From NCBI GenBank assembly GCA_002726235.1, contig PBSN01000008.1, positions 164,550 through 228,549 of the forward strand: DNA of 64,000 bases, given 5' to 3'. A program made the translations under genes and the position numbers. Each line of letters begins with the position of its first letter. The first letter of the stretch is position 1. The notes beneath the pieces are model-generated. The model ran no database searches and was not told where the DNA came from. It saw nothing but the letters and a program-made list of their open reading frames with translations. This document shows, in pieces, positions 47,689-58,538 of the stretch. The DNA comes from Nitrospiraceae bacterium (GTDB lineage: Bacteria > Nitrospirota > Nitrospiria > Nitrospirales > UBA2166).

Positions 47689-48399
47689 TTAAAGCAGTTC
47701 GTGTCGAATGGTGATGTCGGTCTCTGCTTTCAGTGACTCTTGGAAGGCAAGGACGGCACGTTGCTGTTTTCTGAACAGGGCGGCAAGGACAAGCTGTTCC
47801 GGTGTTGGGTTTTTTGCGGGGTCGATATCCTCATCCGAGGTTTCAGGGATCTCAATGGCGCGTACCATGTCAGCTTCTCGTGTGGTAAGTACGATCGAAT
47901 CTCTGACAACGGCCTTCACTTTCTGTCGGAGAATCTCATTCATCTGCTCAGCTTCGAATTCAAGAGGGGTGATGTACATAGTACGAAGGATCTGCTGGTA
48001 ACGTCGTGAGTCAAAACTGCCATTCGTCCTAAATGCTTCCGTCCCCGTGATGAGTGTCTGAAGTTCATCTGCTGTTGCCGTGACACCAATCGTTTTTGCG
48101 GCTTGAAGCCACACGGCATCCTCAATCAGAGTGTTAAGAACTAACTGACGAACAGTTTCTTCTTTGACGTCTGGGCTAACTTGACGATATTGCCGATGAA
48201 GGTTGCGGTAAGCGCGGCGGTATTCGTCCAGCGTGACGGTGTTGCTCCCTGCGATAATAACGGCATCGCGAATATCAGCTCCTTCTTCCCCAAATCCCCA
48301 CCAACCCATACCGCCGATAAATGCGATTGCGATTGCAAACATCAAGGATCGAAAGAACCACACTCGTGCCATGGCGCCTTCTCGAATTAGCTTAATCAT
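47689..48399 (-). CDS. SurA-N-terminal-domain chaperone-like protein (PpiD-like, no PPIase domain)
   Basis: An N-terminal anchor (WFFRSLMFAIAIAFIGGMGWW) is followed by ...VIIAGSNTVTLDEYRRAYRNLHRQY... GGAGG SD 5 nt upstream. Confidence 0.6.
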   Translation of the reverse strand: MIKLIREGAMARVWFFRSLMFAIAIAFIGGMGWWGFGEEGADIRDAVIIAGSNTVTLDEYRRAYRNLHRQYRQVSPDVKEETVRQLVLNTLIEDAVWLQAAKTIGVTATADELQTLITGTEAFRTNGSFDSRRYQQILRTMYITPLEFEAEQMNEILRQKVKAVVRDSIVLTTREADMVRAIEIPETSDEDIDPAKNPTPEQLVLAALFRKQQRAVLAFQESLKAETDITIRHELL

Positions 48400-48666
48400 C
48401 GTGCCTCCAGCAGATTGCGATGGTTGGTCCGAGAGTAAATCCAGATGATAACCATTATCCTAGTATTTTAGGCTGTGTGTGTAGAAAAAGGCAATGCGTC
48501 GGGATAAGAAAGCCTAGAAGCTTGTTTTCTTACCGGGGTATCACCGATTCCGAAATGCAGATTAAAGAAGAATGTGTAATGAATAAAGGTTTTTGATATA
48601 TTGTGGATGGCAATGTGGCGATGAAATCGGCGAGTCGACTGTGGCATGAGAGGGTATTAATTTGAG

Positions 48667-49725
48667 ATGAATCTCTTTGGATGGCGTGCAGACATGAATA
48701 TTCTGGGATTGGTGTCAAATGATCTCGCTATTGATCTTGGCACGGCGACGACCCTTGTGTATGTCAGCGGAGCAGGGATTGTCATCAATGAACCTTCAGT
48801 GGTGGCTGTCGAAGAGAAGAGTAAAAAGGTGGTGGCAGTTGGACTTGAAGCCAAGAGAATGCTTGGGAGAACACCCGGCTCGATTGAAGCCATTCGTCCG
48901 ATGAAAGACGGGGTAATCAGCGATTTTGAAATCGCTGAATTGATGTTACGCCATTTTATTTGCAAGGCCAGCGGGCGTAAGATCTTTGTGCATCCGAGGG
49001 TTGTGATTGGGGTGCCGTCTCGAATCACGAAAGTTGAACAACGTGCTGTTATGGAGTCCGCTGAGTCCGCCGGTGCTCGAAATGTGTACTTGATTCCGGA
49101 GCCAGTTGCCGCGGCGATCGGGGTTGGGCTTCCCATCACAGAACCGTGTGGAAATATGGTGGTTGACATTGGAGGGGGGACCACAGATATCGCGGTGATT
49201 TCGCTTGGAGGTATTGTTACTAGTGAATCCGTAAAGGTTGCAGGTCATCGTATGGACGAAGTGATTGTAAATCATATGCGACGAAAACACGGTCTTCTGA
49301 TTGGTGATCACATGGCTGAGAAAGTGAAACACGAAGTAGGTTCGGCATATCCGTTAGGCGAGAAGAAAACCATGAAGGTGAGGGGGAGGGATCTTGTATC
49401 CGGAATTCCTCAGACGGTGGCCATTGATGACACTGAAATTTATGAGGCGCTATCAGAGCCGATTGGCGTGATCGTTGACACCATTAAGCAGTCTTTAGAA
49501 AAGACGCCTCCGGAACTTGCAGGCGATATTATTGACCGAGGGGTTGTTTTAGCTGGCGGAGGATCAATGATCTCAGGGCTGGATACGCGACTTAAGGAGG
49601 AGACAGGACTTCCGATCATTACTGTTGCTGACCCTCTCACAGCTGTCGTTGCTGGGGTTGGCAGGGTGCTTGAAGACAATGACCTTCTCAAGCAGGTTTC
49701 GAATCTATCTGCATTTGCGGTGTGA
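48667..49725 (+). CDS. mreB: Rod-shape-determining protein MreB
   Basis: SNDLAIDLGTATTLVYV ... VVIGVPS ... EPVAAAIG ... MVVDIGGGTTDIAVISL ... GVVLAGGGS. Start at ATG 48667 or 48694. Confidence 0.95.
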   Translation: MNLFGWRADMNILGLVSNDLAIDLGTATTLVYVSGAGIVINEPSVVAVEEKSKKVVAVGLEAKRMLGRTPGSIEAIRPMKDGVISDFEIAELMLRHFICKASGRKIFVHPRVVIGVPSRITKVEQRAVMESAESAGARNVYLIPEPVAAAIGVGLPITEPCGNMVVDIGGGTTDIAVISLGGIVTSESVKVAGHRMDEVIVNHMRRKHGLLIGDHMAEKVKHEVGSAYPLGEKKTMKVRGRDLVSGIPQTVAIDDTEIYEALSEPIGVIVDTIKQSLEKTPPELAGDIIDRGVVLAGGGSMISGLDTRLKEETGLPIITVADPLTAVVAGVGRVLEDNDLLKQVSNLSAFAV

Positions 49726-49910
49726 CGTTAAGGCGTGACTGCATCTCACAACCTTCACCATCATTAGGAACAGGTTGGACCCCGTTAGAGTGTTATTTGT
49801 GGGGGTGCTGTTGTCAGCGCATCATGCTAATGTTCGATTTACCGTTTTCCAAATTGGGCGCCTGACGCTTTGGCAAGATGATTTTCCTGCAGGCTAGCTG
49901 AGGCTACAGA

Positions 49911-50789
49911 ATGCTCCGTTCCCGGTCGCGTGCAAAAAAAACGTGGAATGTTTTTCTTGTCCTTCTTGTGGCCGGACTCATTTTTTTTCCATTCTCAGCA
50001 GAAGAATCACTCAACGCCGTTGCTGTTCCCCTTGCTGAGGTCATCAAGGTTCCTTTGACCGTTGTCTCACTTATCAAGCAAAAGCTGGACGCAGGGAGGG
50101 AAGTTGTGCAGGGGTTAATTAATCTTCATGACCAAAATCAGGCTCTGGCTGACGAACTAATAAGAGTGAAGATTGAAGAGAATAGACTGAAGGAAATCGC
50201 AGCTTCGGTTGACCGCTATCGCGTGCTTTTCGACTTTCAGCAGCAGTGCCCGTATTCCACTATTGTGGCGCAAGTGATTGGACGAGCCCCAACTAATTGG
50301 CACCGGAGTGTTGTCATTGCAAAAGGTAAACGAGATGGCGTCATTGCCGGCATGGGGGTGATCACACCTTCAGGGGTGGTTGGACGAGTGTTGAAGGTTA
50401 ATCGTACGTTCTCCGTCATCCAGTTGATTCTTGACCGGAACAATGCAATTACCGCGGTCGTTCAGCGCACACGTGACGAGGGTATCATACAAGGAACTGA
50501 CACTGGCCAAGTGGTCATGAAATATCTTCCTCCGCTATCATCGGTGGAAACGGGGGATGTTGTTGTCACATCAGGTCTCGATAATAGATTCCCAAAAGGT
50601 ATGATAATTGGGATTATCAATCAGGTCGAGAAGAAGACAGTCACACCGTTCAAGTCTGCTACTCTCACTCCTCATGCAGATTTCTCAAAGCTTGAGGAGG
50701 TGGTCGTCTTGTTAGAAACAACCTCATCCGATGAACGTGACGGAGAGTGTTTTATGCAGTACAAGGACGAACGCGAAAGAGGCACGTGA
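49911..50789 (+). CDS. mreC: Rod-shape-determining protein MreC
   Basis: N-terminal anchor, coiled coil (NQALADELIRVKIEENRLKE), then GVITPSGVVGRVLKV ... DVVVTSGLDNRFPKG. Positioned after mreB. Confidence 0.9.
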   Translation: MLRSRSRAKKTWNVFLVLLVAGLIFFPFSAEESLNAVAVPLAEVIKVPLTVVSLIKQKLDAGREVVQGLINLHDQNQALADELIRVKIEENRLKEIAASVDRYRVLFDFQQQCPYSTIVAQVIGRAPTNWHRSVVIAKGKRDGVIAGMGVITPSGVVGRVLKVNRTFSVIQLILDRNNAITAVVQRTRDEGIIQGTDTGQVVMKYLPPLSSVETGDVVVTSGLDNRFPKGMIIGIINQVEKKTVTPFKSATLTPHADFSKLEEVVVLLETTSSDERDGECFMQYKDERERGT

Positions 50790-50799
50790 GGCATAGAGA

Positions 50800-51300
50800 A
50801 TGAAGTTCCTTGTGTATGGGGGAGTGGCTCTATTGATCATCCCTCTCCAGGTTGTTGTTATTCACCAGTTTGCCATCATGGGCATTATTCCTGATGCCAT
50901 TCTCCTGATGGTATGTTTAGTCGGATTGTGGCGAGGGAAATTAGAAGCCGTTGTGTTTGGTCTTGTCCTCGGGTTTTTGCAGGATCTCTTATCCGGGACC
51001 TTGGTGTGGGTAAATCTTGTGACTAAGCCACTCGTTGGATTGGCGGGAGGAGTTTTGGGGCGTACAGCAATATCTCTGACGAGTTGGATGATTCCAATTC
51101 TTATCACGGGAATTTCGCTTGTATCTGGCTTACTTGTGTTCCTGCTTTTGCAAACAACCTCTTCTGAGATGGATGGGGCGCAAGTTTTTCTTGGAACTAT
51201 TCTGCCTCAAGCGTTGTATGATGGAGCGTTTGGGGCAATTGTTCTCCTAACTGCCTTTCGCTTCTTCCCCACCTTGCATCGTAGCGTATGGAATCCGTAG
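50800..51300 (+). CDS. mreD: Rod-shape-determining protein MreD
   Basis: 166-aa polytopic membrane protein between mreC and mrdA. Confidence 0.8.
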   Translation: MKFLVYGGVALLIIPLQVVVIHQFAIMGIIPDAILLMVCLVGLWRGKLEAVVFGLVLGFLQDLLSGTLVWVNLVTKPLVGLAGGVLGRTAISLTSWMIPILITGISLVSGLLVFLLLQTTSSEMDGAQVFLGTILPQALYDGAFGAIVLLTAFRFFPTLHRSVWNP

Positions 51301-53111
51301 TGAAGCAGAGTGAGAATCTCCGTCGAATCCAACGGCGGCTTATTTTTCTTCGATTGGGTGTTGTCGTAGTGCTTGCGATTTTGTTGATTCGTATGTGGTA
51401 TATCCAAATCGTCAAAGGTGAAGAGTATGCCATCTTGTCAGAGCAAAACCGTGTTCGCATGGTTTATCTCAAACCACCCAGAGGGCTGATTTATGATCGC
51501 CATCATAATCTTCTCGCCAACAACATTCCGAGTTTTAATCTCTATGTTGTGTTAGACGATGTTGATGATAGACAGCGCCTCCAAGAGGATCTTTCAGCCC
51601 TGATTAGGGTGAGCGCGGATGACATTCGTGTGGCGATGGCAAAGCATAATACTCCTCGGTTGCCGCTCAAAGTAAAAGAGAATCTCACGCTCAAGGAGGC
51701 AGCAGCTATTGAGTCTAACCTCCCACAGCTTCCGGGGGTGGTACTTCAAGCAGAAACCGAGCGGTCGTATCCGCAGGGTAGTGCGGCCGCTCACATTATT
51801 GGGTACGTTGGGGAAATATCGGCGCAAGGTCTGAAAGAAGAACAGTTTCAGGGTCTTAATCTCGGCAGTGCCGTGGGCAAGTACGGTGTTGAATTAGAAT
51901 ATGATCAAATTCTTCGCGGGCGTGTGGGACATAAAACAATTGAGGTGGATGCACGCGGTCATGAACAGAGAGTTATTCAAATCAAAGAGCCTGTTCCAGG
52001 CGATGATCTGCATCTGACGATCGACTTACCTCTTCAACGCCTTGCTGAGGGCTTATTGGAAGATGCGGCGGGGGCTATTGTTGCCCTCGACCCGCGCAAT
52101 GGTGATGTTTTGGTTCTTGCTAGTCACCCAACATTCGATCCCAACGTCCTTACACGTGGATTGACCGTGTCACATTGGAATCAAATTAGGCATGATCTGA
52201 GGAAACCGATGACGAATCGGGCAACCCAAGGCCAATATCCTCCAGGGTCGGTGTTCAAGTTAGTCGTGGCGGCAGGTGGGCTTGAGTCAGGCAGCATTTC
52301 AAGATCTACGCCGATTGAATGTCGTGGGAGGTTTCAAATGGGAAGTCGCGTGTTTAAGGATTGGAGAAAAGAGGGACATGGCCTCGTCAATCTGCATGAG
52401 GGACTAGTGCATTCCTGTGACATCTATTTTTACACCCTCGGTCGCCAATTGGGGATTGATAAGCTCGCACACTATGCGGCGCAGTTTGGGTTGGGACGTC
52501 GGACAGGGATTGATCTACCTGCGGAAAGTCCTGGCATCGTGCCTTCCAGCAAATGGAAGGCACGCGTGCTTGGTGAACGCTGGTATCCCGGAGAAACAAT
52601 TTTGGTTGCGATTGGCCAAAGCTATGTCACCGTAACTCCTTTGCAGATGGCTACTCTCATTGGAACTATCGCTAACAATGGGTTGCAATATCGACCACGT
52701 GTTGTTAGGAAATTTGAAAAACGTCAAGATGATACGCTTGTCGATATTGAGCCGTTTCTATTGGATACGGTGCCTATCCATCACGAGACGCTAACCGCAC
52801 TACATGAGGCACTTCGAGATGTTGTCGTTAGTGGCACTGGAAGACGTGCTCAATCACGGGATATCGCTATTTCTGGAAAAACAGGAACAGCGCAGGTGGT
52901 GAGTTTGGATAAAGTTGAGTCCGAGGACAATGTTCCGCATGGGTTGCGTGACCATGCTTGGTTTGTTGCCTATGCCCCTTCAGACGATCCGGAAATAGCA
53001 GTTTCTGTTATTCTTGAGCACATGGGACATGGGGGTACTGTTGCCGCGCCGATTGCGCGGGCGATCATTGATGAATATCTACAGCCTGATCGTGTCCTCA
53101 TGGTTCCATAG
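51288..53111 (+). CDS. mrdA: Penicillin-binding protein 2 (elongasome transpeptidase)
   Basis: IRMWYIQIVKGEEY ... PPGSVFK (SxxK) ... SCD ... KTGTAQV. Overlaps the mreD end by 13 nt. Confidence 0.93.
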   Translation: MESVVKQSENLRRIQRRLIFLRLGVVVVLAILLIRMWYIQIVKGEEYAILSEQNRVRMVYLKPPRGLIYDRHHNLLANNIPSFNLYVVLDDVDDRQRLQEDLSALIRVSADDIRVAMAKHNTPRLPLKVKENLTLKEAAAIESNLPQLPGVVLQAETERSYPQGSAAAHIIGYVGEISAQGLKEEQFQGLNLGSAVGKYGVELEYDQILRGRVGHKTIEVDARGHEQRVIQIKEPVPGDDLHLTIDLPLQRLAEGLLEDAAGAIVALDPRNGDVLVLASHPTFDPNVLTRGLTVSHWNQIRHDLRKPMTNRATQGQYPPGSVFKLVVAAGGLESGSISRSTPIECRGRFQMGSRVFKDWRKEGHGLVNLHEGLVHSCDIYFYTLGRQLGIDKLAHYAAQFGLGRRTGIDLPAESPGIVPSSKWKARVLGERWYPGETILVAIGQSYVTVTPLQMATLIGTIANNGLQYRPRVVRKFEKRQDDTLVDIEPFLLDTVPIHHETLTALHEALRDVVVSGTGRRAQSRDIAISGKTGTAQVVSLDKVESEDNVPHGLRDHAWFVAYAPSDDPEIAVSVILEHMGHGGTVAAPIARAIIDEYLQPDRVLMVP

Positions 53112-53127
53112 TGGGAGGTTTCACAGC

Positions 53128-54255
53128 ATGAATGGTGAGGGTGAAAAATTCAGTTTGGGGGGTGTGCATGAATGGCAGTTTGGTCTTCCAGTCCTCATTT
53201 TGACTATTTCAAGCTTAGGGATTTTATCCATTTATAGTGCTTCACAGAATGTGGCACACAACTTCGAGTGGGCGCCGTTGTATCTGAAGCAGATTACGTG
53301 GGTTGTGATTGGAGGGGTAGCGTTTCTGGTTATGTCCGCGTACGACTATCATCGACTTTCGCGATACGCCTATGTGTTGTACGTCCTCAGCCTCCTTCTT
53401 CTCGTTTTGGTCTCATTTGCGGGCCGAAGTACTCGAGGTGCTCAGCGCTGGTTAGAGATTGGCTCCTTTTCGTTCCAACCGTCGGAGGTTGCCAAAGTAA
53501 TGTTGGTGGTGATGTTGGCTCGTTATTTTTCCACTTGGCCCTCTACGGGAGTGTTGCATAGAATTATTATTCCAGTGATTTTGATGTTTCCTGGGTTTTT
53601 GCTCATCCTGCTTCAGCCAGATTTAGGGACTGCAATCACATATCTCTTCGTGTTTCTTACGATCATTCTGTTCGTTGGTCCGTGGACTCGTAGTCTGATC
53701 TTTGGATTTTTTGGCATCCTAATGGTTCTGCCATTTTTGTGGAAGGGATTATGGATGCCTTTGCGGGCCTACCAAAAGGAAAGAATTCTCGCTTTTTTGG
53801 ATCCAACGTTGGATCCAATGGGACAAGGATACCAAGCACTACAATCAAAGATTGCGATTGGATCTGGTCAGCTTTCAGGGCAAGGGCTTTATGGTGCTAC
53901 CCAGAGTCAACTGCAGTTTCTTCCAGATGGGTATACGGATTTTGCGTTTGCAGTATTTGCAGAGCAGTGGGGGTTTCTTGGCGTTGTTATCTTGTTGTTC
54001 CTATACTATCTCCTGTTCATGATGATGATTGGAATTGGAGAACGTGCCAAGGATCTATTCGGTGTCATTTTGGTGATTGGAATTACCGCGATGCTTAGTT
54101 TTTGCCTGATGGTTAATATTGGCATGACGGTGGGGCTGCTTCCCATTGTTGGGATTCCACTACCGTTGATGAGCTATGGGGGAACGACATTGGTTATGAC
54201 CTTTGCTGTGCTTGGGCTATTGCTGAATATTAAACGCCGGCGCTTTTCCAGTTAA
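53128..54255 (+). CDS. rodA: Peptidoglycan glycosyltransferase RodA (SEDS family)
   Basis: QPSEVAKV ... LQPDLGTA ... PDGYTDFAFAVFAEQWGFLG ... PLPLMSYGGT. Start at ATG 53128, after the mrdA stop. Confidence 0.93.
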   Translation: MNGEGEKFSLGGVHEWQFGLPVLILTISSLGILSIYSASQNVAHNFEWAPLYLKQITWVVIGGVAFLVMSAYDYHRLSRYAYVLYVLSLLLLVLVSFAGRSTRGAQRWLEIGSFSFQPSEVAKVMLVVMLARYFSTWPSTGVLHRIIIPVILMFPGFLLILLQPDLGTAITYLFVFLTIILFVGPWTRSLIFGFFGILMVLPFLWKGLWMPLRAYQKERILAFLDPTLDPMGQGYQALQSKIAIGSGQLSGQGLYGATQSQLQFLPDGYTDFAFAVFAEQWGFLGVVILLFLYYLLFMMMIGIGERAKDLFGVILVIGITAMLSFCLMVNIGMTVGLLPIVGIPLPLMSYGGTTLVMTFAVLGLLLNIKRRRFSS

Positions 54256-54375
54256 ATTGCTACGGGTTTTATCTCTCCTGCCTGTGGAGTGGATTTTTAT
54301 TGAGCCGTTCGTGTGAGTATCGATATGACGTGGTATAGCGGTATGGAATCTAGATTATTCTGAAAGGAGAATACG

Positions 54376-55965
54376 ATGAGTGTGCGAAGCACTCATCGTG
54401 GTCGTATGGCAATTGAGATCTTAATCAATGTGATGTCTGAAGAAACGCGAGTTGCGTTGCTTGAAAATAAAGTTGTGACTGAAGTGTATATTGATCGCAA
54501 AAAACGGCGTGACTTGGTTGGAAATATTTATCTTGGAAAGGTTGTCAAGACGTTGCCGGGTATGCAAGCAGCCTTTATCGATATTGGGCTTGATCGTGCG
54601 GCCTTTCTTCACGCATCCGACATTCTTCCACCTAACAATACTGAGACCACCATGGAGATAGGAGGGGATATCGAGCCCGATCATGATTCTGCCCATGGTG
54701 AGGAAGATGTGGGCGAGGGGGGGGAAGAATCAGAAAAGGCATCTCGACTCCGTCAACGAAGTCATATGCCTATTGAGGAGTTGTTGCATCAGGGACAAGA
54801 GATTACGGTGCAAGTATCCAAAGGCCCGCTGGGGACAAAAGGTCCGCGTGTCACATCATATATTTCGCTTCCCGGGCGGCATCTGGTTTTGATGCCTGGG
54901 GTCAATCACATCGGAATTTCGCGCCGAATCGAAGGAGAAGAAGAACGGAGCCGATTAAAAAACATCATGACATGCCGGCGAGAACCGAGTGTAGGATACA
55001 TTGTTCGGACTGTGAGTGAGGGCACTAGTGAGGATGATCTGATAGCGGATATGCAGTTTTTACGTCTTTTGTGGAAGGATATTCTTCGCCGAACGACGCG
55101 AGCCACACCGCCATGTCTGCTTCATACTGATCTTGATCTTTCATTTCGTATCGTGCGAGATCTGTTCAGTAAGGCAGTGAACCGATTGCTTGTTGACTCG
55201 AAGAAGGAATATTCTGCAATTAAAGAATTTGCACGACGCTATCTTCCTGATCTGGCAACTCGGATACAGTTCTATGAGAAAAGCAACATGATCTTTGATC
55301 ACTTTGGTGTCGAAGCAGAAATTTCTAAGGCGCTTGGGCGCAAGGTGTGGCTCAAATCTGGTGGAACAATCATCATTGATCATTCCGAGGCATTGACGGT
55401 CATCGATGTTAATACCGGACGGTTTGTTGGGAAGCGGGATATTGAAGAGACCATCTTTAAAACGAATATGGAGGCGGCGAAAGAGGTGGCTTCTCAGCTT
55501 CGATTCCGCAATATTGGCGGCATTATCGTGATCGACTTTATTGACATGGAGCGTGAGAAGAACCGTGAAAAGGTCTATCAGACATTAGTTGATGCTCTTG
55601 CTCGTGATCGCGCGAGAGTGAGAGTATTGCGCATCTCCGAACTTGGTGTGATCGAAATGTCTCGGGAGCGTGTTCGCGAAGGGCTATTGCGGACGATGTG
55701 TGAGCCGTGCGTATCGTGTGAAGGCAAGGGGGTGTTGAAGTCGCGTACGACAATCTGTTATGAAATCTTTCGCGAAATTCGACGACTTGGACTTGGGCCG
55801 AAAGAGAAATGTGTGATCATTGGTGCGCATGATTCGATCGTAGAGATGTTGTCAGATGAAGAGCGTCAGGGCATCGAAGACATCGAGCGGGATCTGCAGA
55901 AACAAGTTTTGGTTAAGGCCGATCCGACGTTGCATTGGGAACAGTATGACATTGTAGTGATCTAA
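54376..55965 (+). CDS. rng: Ribonuclease G/E-family endoribonuclease
   Basis: S1 domain (GNIYLGKVVKTLPGMQAAFIDIG), then TVIDVNTGRFVG ... NIGGIIVIDFIDM ... CEPCVSCEGKG. AAAGGAG SD 6 nt before ATG 54376. Confidence 0.9.
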   Translation: MSVRSTHRGRMAIEILINVMSEETRVALLENKVVTEVYIDRKKRRDLVGNIYLGKVVKTLPGMQAAFIDIGLDRAAFLHASDILPPNNTETTMEIGGDIEPDHDSAHGEEDVGEGGEESEKASRLRQRSHMPIEELLHQGQEITVQVSKGPLGTKGPRVTSYISLPGRHLVLMPGVNHIGISRRIEGEEERSRLKNIMTCRREPSVGYIVRTVSEGTSEDDLIADMQFLRLLWKDILRRTTRATPPCLLHTDLDLSFRIVRDLFSKAVNRLLVDSKKEYSAIKEFARRYLPDLATRIQFYEKSNMIFDHFGVEAEISKALGRKVWLKSGGTIIIDHSEALTVIDVNTGRFVGKRDIEETIFKTNMEAAKEVASQLRFRNIGGIIVIDFIDMEREKNREKVYQTLVDALARDRARVRVLRISELGVIEMSRERVREGLLRTMCEPCVSCEGKGVLKSRTTICYEIFREIRRLGLGPKEKCVIIGAHDSIVEMLSDEERQGIEDIERDLQKQVLVKADPTLHWEQYDIVVI

Positions 55966-56185
55966 GTGAATATTGTGATATATCCGTGGGTGGTGAAAAT
56001 TCTAGGATGTTCGAGGGGGGAGATGTTGCCTTTCGATATCTCGGTGGAGTCTTTGCATTGATTCAGGGCACTGTGCTACACGTCTTGGCTGTCGCAGGAC
56101 GGCTTCTTGAAATGGAATTGAATAGGCCTGTCAAGCAATTCATGGGGCGGTGGTATCAACGTGTTCGATAGCGGCGAAAGTCATT

Positions 56186-58489
56186 ATGGCTAAATCTCTT
56201 ATCATTGTTGAGTCCCCAGCGAAAGCAAAAACGATTGCTAAATACCTTGGTCGATCCTATCAAGTTGTCGCGTCTGTGGGGCATGTCAAGGATCTTCCCA
56301 AATCCAAAATTGGAGTTGATGTCAACAACGATTTCGAACCCACTTATGTCGTCATTCGAGGAAAAGCTGCTGTGCTTAAGGAGATCAAAGCGAAGGCAAA
56401 GACTGCAGAGAAAGTCTATCTCGCGACCGATCCGGATCGAGAAGGTGAGGCAGTGGCGGGGCATATCGCAGAGGAATTACGTGGTCTCAAAACTGGTCAA
56501 GTATTTCGTGTTCTCTTCAACGAGATTACAAAATTAAGTATCAAGAAGGCCTTGGAGTCTCCAGGTAACATTGACAAGCAAAAAGTTAATGCGCAGCAAG
56601 CTCGGCGTGTGTTGGATCGCGTCGTTGGCTATCACCTCAGTCCGTTGTTGTGGGAGAAGGTGCGTCGTGGACTAAGTGGAGGACGTGTTCAGTCAGTGGT
56701 CGTTCGTCTTATCTGCGAACGAGAGCGTGAGCGGGAAGCATTTCAGATCAAAGAATATTGGACGATTGCGACTATGCTTAAAGGTGCGCAAGAGGCTCCG
56801 TTTTTTGCAAAGTTGCATTCTGTCAATGGTAAATCGGTCGAGATTGGCAAACCGGGCGAGATTACCACAGGTGAACAAGCGGCTGGTATTGTTGAAGCGC
56901 TCAAGACAAAACAGCTTGTGGTCTCGGACATTGAACAGAAAGAGAGGAAGAATAACCCGCTTCCGCCGTTTATTACGAGCCGTCTTCAGCAGGATGCTTC
57001 CAGAAGACTTCGTTTTTCACCGAAACAAACGATGATGTTTGCCCAACAACTGTATGCAGGTGTGAACATTGGGGAGGAAGGGCCGGTTGGACTGATCACA
57101 TATATGCGGACGGATTCGACGCGAATTGCCGGTGAAGCGACAGCCGAAGTCAGAACATTGATCAGCGAAAAATTTGGACCGGAATATGTTCCGGGAAAGG
57201 CTCCGATCTACAAGACGCAAAAAGCTGCCCAAGAAGCGCATGAAGCCATTCGTCCAACCTCGGTGACGCGGACACCTGAAACCCTGAAAGAGGTATTGAG
57301 TCCAGAACATTATCGGCTGTACGAACTGATTTGGAAGCGGTTTGTCGCCTCGCAGATGATGCCAGCAAGACTTGCCATTACTTGCGTGGATATCACGGCG
57401 GGGGAGTATCTCTTCCGTGCTACGGGTACGCAAGTGATCTTTGCTGGCCACCGGCAGGTGTATCAGGAGGGGAAAGACAGTGACCCTCAAGGGACGATTC
57501 ACTCAAGGACGGATGATGCCGCAGAGAATATCCTTCCTGCATTGGCTATTGACGATCAGCTTCGTGTCGATGGAGAGGGATTTAGTCCAAAGCAACATTT
57601 TACGCAGCCACCTCCGCGGTATACCGAAGCGACATTGATTCGTGATCTTGAGGATAAGGGGATCGGGCGGCCATCCACCTATGCCTCGGTTGTATCGGCG
57701 GTCCAAGATCGTGGCTATGTTAAAAAAGAGGAAGGTCGATTATACCCGGAGGAGGTGGGTACGATCGTGAACGATCAGCTTGTGAAGTTCTTTCCAAGCG
57801 TTCTTGATGTGGCGTTTACCGCCACGATGGAAGAAAAGTTAGATCAGATTGAGGAAGGGAATTGCGAATGGGTTGAAACTGTTCGAGAATTCTATCAGCC
57901 TTTTGCCGCACAGCTGGAAGTGGCGCGAGAGAAGATGCCGAACGTAAAGCGAGAGGAAGTTGCTACGGATATTTCTTGTGAGAAATGCGGAGCATTAATG
58001 GTAATAAAATGGGGAAGATTTGGACGATTTCTTGCCTGCCCTTCCTATCCGGAGTGCAAAAGTACGAAGGAGTTTAAAGAGAATGCTTCGGGTGGTATTG
58101 CAGTTCTTGAGAAGCCGGAAATTACAACCAATGAGGCTTGTGAGCAATGTGGAAGTGCCATGGTTGTCAAGACAGGTCGCTTCGGACAGTTTATGGCATG
58201 CACTGCGTATCCAAAATGTAAAACAACCAAGGCCATTGGCATTGGAGTCAAATGCCCTGAATCGGAATGTGGTGGCGACATTGTAAAGAAGCGAAGCAAA
58301 AAGGGTGGTCGTACGTTCTACGGTTGCAACCGCTACCCAAAATGCGGGTTTTTGTCGTGGTTTTTGCCGGTAAACAAACCCTGTCCGTCCTGTGGAGCGG
58401 CGTTTTTAATCGAAAAGGCCCGCAAGCAAGTTGGGCCTCAAGTCGTGTGCCGTGATACAGACTGCGGATATGCAGAGCCTGACACCTAG
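56186..58489 (+). CDS. topA: DNA topoisomerase I
   Basis: MAKSLIIVESPAKAKTIAKYLG (Toprim), ATDPDREGEA, ITYMRTDS (catalytic Tyr) and several C-terminal Cys4 zinc ribbons. Confidence 0.96.
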   Translation: MAKSLIIVESPAKAKTIAKYLGRSYQVVASVGHVKDLPKSKIGVDVNNDFEPTYVVIRGKAAVLKEIKAKAKTAEKVYLATDPDREGEAVAGHIAEELRGLKTGQVFRVLFNEITKLSIKKALESPGNIDKQKVNAQQARRVLDRVVGYHLSPLLWEKVRRGLSGGRVQSVVVRLICEREREREAFQIKEYWTIATMLKGAQEAPFFAKLHSVNGKSVEIGKPGEITTGEQAAGIVEALKTKQLVVSDIEQKERKNNPLPPFITSRLQQDASRRLRFSPKQTMMFAQQLYAGVNIGEEGPVGLITYMRTDSTRIAGEATAEVRTLISEKFGPEYVPGKAPIYKTQKAAQEAHEAIRPTSVTRTPETLKEVLSPEHYRLYELIWKRFVASQMMPARLAITCVDITAGEYLFRATGTQVIFAGHRQVYQEGKDSDPQGTIHSRTDDAAENILPALAIDDQLRVDGEGFSPKQHFTQPPPRYTEATLIRDLEDKGIGRPSTYASVVSAVQDRGYVKKEEGRLYPEEVGTIVNDQLVKFFPSVLDVAFTATMEEKLDQIEEGNCEWVETVREFYQPFAAQLEVAREKMPNVKREEVATDISCEKCGALMVIKWGRFGRFLACPSYPECKSTKEFKENASGGIAVLEKPEITTNEACEQCGSAMVVKTGRFGQFMACTAYPKCKTTKAIGIGVKCPESECGGDIVKKRSKKGGRTFYGCNRYPKCGFLSWFLPVNKPCPSCGAAFLIEKARKQVGPQVVCRDTDCGYAEPDT

Positions 58490-58538
58490 TCTGCTTGATG
58501 CTCCTTGCCGTTTGTTTGTTGTTTCTCTTCAAGCCTAC

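Noticed and set aside
48657-49184. 175-aa ORF antisense to mreB. Similar long antisense ORFs include 32321-32854 opposite larC, 11841-12323 opposite the RND adaptor, 57017-57502 opposite topA and 21845-22261 opposite ilvN.
   Set aside because: Each lies entirely inside a strongly supported conserved gene on the other strand. They have low-complexity Arg/Ser/Pro-rich translations and no SD. These are typical shadow ORFs, not overlapping genes.
55986-56171. 61-aa ORF between rng and topA
   Set aside because: It has no SD and no conserved-looking sequence. I consider it intergenic.
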